Shown: piece by piece, positions 44,421 to 45,066 of the stretch
Position numbering within the stretch: the stretch's first letter is position 1
Layout of the letters: the number at the start of each line of letters is the position of its first letter
Assembly (NCBI GenBank): GCA_046726415.1
Contig: JBKPAK010000269.1
Coordinates: forward strand, 1 to 45,066
Length of the DNA stretch: 45,066 nucleotides
DNA from: Candidatus Methylomirabilota bacterium
Lineage (GTDB): Bacteria; Methylomirabilota; Methylomirabilia; Rokubacteriales; CSP1-6
Direction of reading: 5' to 3'
Program-made: the position numbers and the translations under genes
Notes under the pieces: generated by a model
The model's database searches: none
What the model was told of the DNA's origin: nothing
Seen by the model: the letters and a program-made list of their open reading frames with translations, nothing else

Positions 44421-44423
44421 GGG

Positions 44424-44779
44424 TTACCTTTCGCGCCGGGCCTCGCCCAGCGGCGCGATACATTTGGTCTTCACCTCCTCGACTGACCGGCAATCCTTCA
44501 CGTACGCGGCGAAGGCTTCGAGGGGCGTGGCGAAGGCGTTCCCCGTATCGGCATCACGGGTGAGCTTCGCCAGTGCGGTTTTCCCTTCCTGGCTGTCCAG
44601 ATTGCAGACGAAGACGCGATCCGAGCCGAATCCCAGGAACTTCAACACCTCGATCGTCAGCCAGCTATCTCTGGAGACGTTTTTCTGATGGTCACCATGA
44701 TCTGTTGGCCACTGTCCAGGTCGATCTGGCAGTAGCCGCCGCCCTGGGGATCAGTGACGAAGCGTCCAATCGTAGGCAT
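44424..44779 (-). pseudogene. Paralog 2 of the four-Cys ~113-aa family, 1-bp deletion frameshift near 44692
   Basis: MPTIGRFVTDPQGGGYCQIDLDSGQQIMV then GTG-AC-CAT (paralog 1 has VNH); the shifted frame continues HQKNVSRDSWLTIEVLKFLG...KDCRSVEEVKTKC. Confidence 0.8.
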
Positions 44780-44790
44780 CGCTCTCTCGC

Positions 44791-45066
44791 TCACCGGATC
44801 GCCATCAGCGACATGCATCTCGACTTCACTTCGTCGATTGACCGACAGCTCTTGAGGTGCTTGACGAAGGCTCCGAGCGGCGTGGCATCAATGCTCCGCT
44901 CTTGGGCGTCGCGGGTCAGGAGCGTGAGGGCGGCCTTGCCCTCATGGCTATCGAGGTCGCAGGCAAAGATGCGGTCGGAACTGAGGCCCAGGAGTTTTAT
45001 CCGCTCGATCGTAAGCAAGCCTCCCTGGAACCCACCCTTATCGTGATTGATGAGGATCTTCTCGCC
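44791..45066 (-). CDS. Paralog 3 of the four-Cys ~113-aa family (5' end outside the window)
   Basis: GEKILINHDKGGFQGGLLTIE...ACDLDSHEGKAA...DATPLGAFVKHLKSCRSIDEVKSRC. Confidence 0.85.
   Translation of the reverse strand, partial: GEKILINHDKGGFQGGLLTIERIKLLGLSSDRIFACDLDSHEGKAALTLLTRDAQERSIDATPLGAFVKHLKSCRSIDEVKSRCMSLMAIR

Overview
GC-rich bacterial chromosomal segment. Gene content and REP-like GGAGGGGG/CCCCCTCC hairpins tentatively suggest Rokubacteria/Methylomirabilota (inference only). About 40 CDS, mostly on the minus strand; no rRNA, tRNA, CRISPR or intact mobile element seen. The dominant block (~0.6-19.2 kb) is an expanded ActP-type solute-symporter locus. It has two SLC5-STAC sensor histidine kinases (CrbS/CbrA-like), each preceded by a small membrane protein, plus a sigma54 activator with a -24/-12 promoter in front of DUF4212-actP, a CBS-DUF294 nucleotidyltransferase and a single-domain receiver. 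It also has a membrane HAMP-PAS-pseudo-histidine-kinase fused to a DEDDh exonuclease, whose His-less DHp helix nearly copies that of the neighbouring true kinase; this is the best candidate for an undescribed signalling/nucleotidylation writer-eraser system. Also present: ACT-malic enzyme, MtaA-like methyltransferase, RRM protein, a multi-GAF kinase/sigma54 pair, D-aminoacylase, amidase, aroK, a split B12 methionine synthase without a pterin module, MBL phosphodiesterase, glpK, a degenerate orphan ABC ATPase, a frameshifted S8 protease, a Phd-RelE toxin-antitoxin pair, an atpA relic, nfeD-floA-yqfB-like genes, a CPA2 antiporter and three paralogs of an unrecognised ~113-aa four-Cys protein. 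All family assignments are by eye from motifs; no database search was run.
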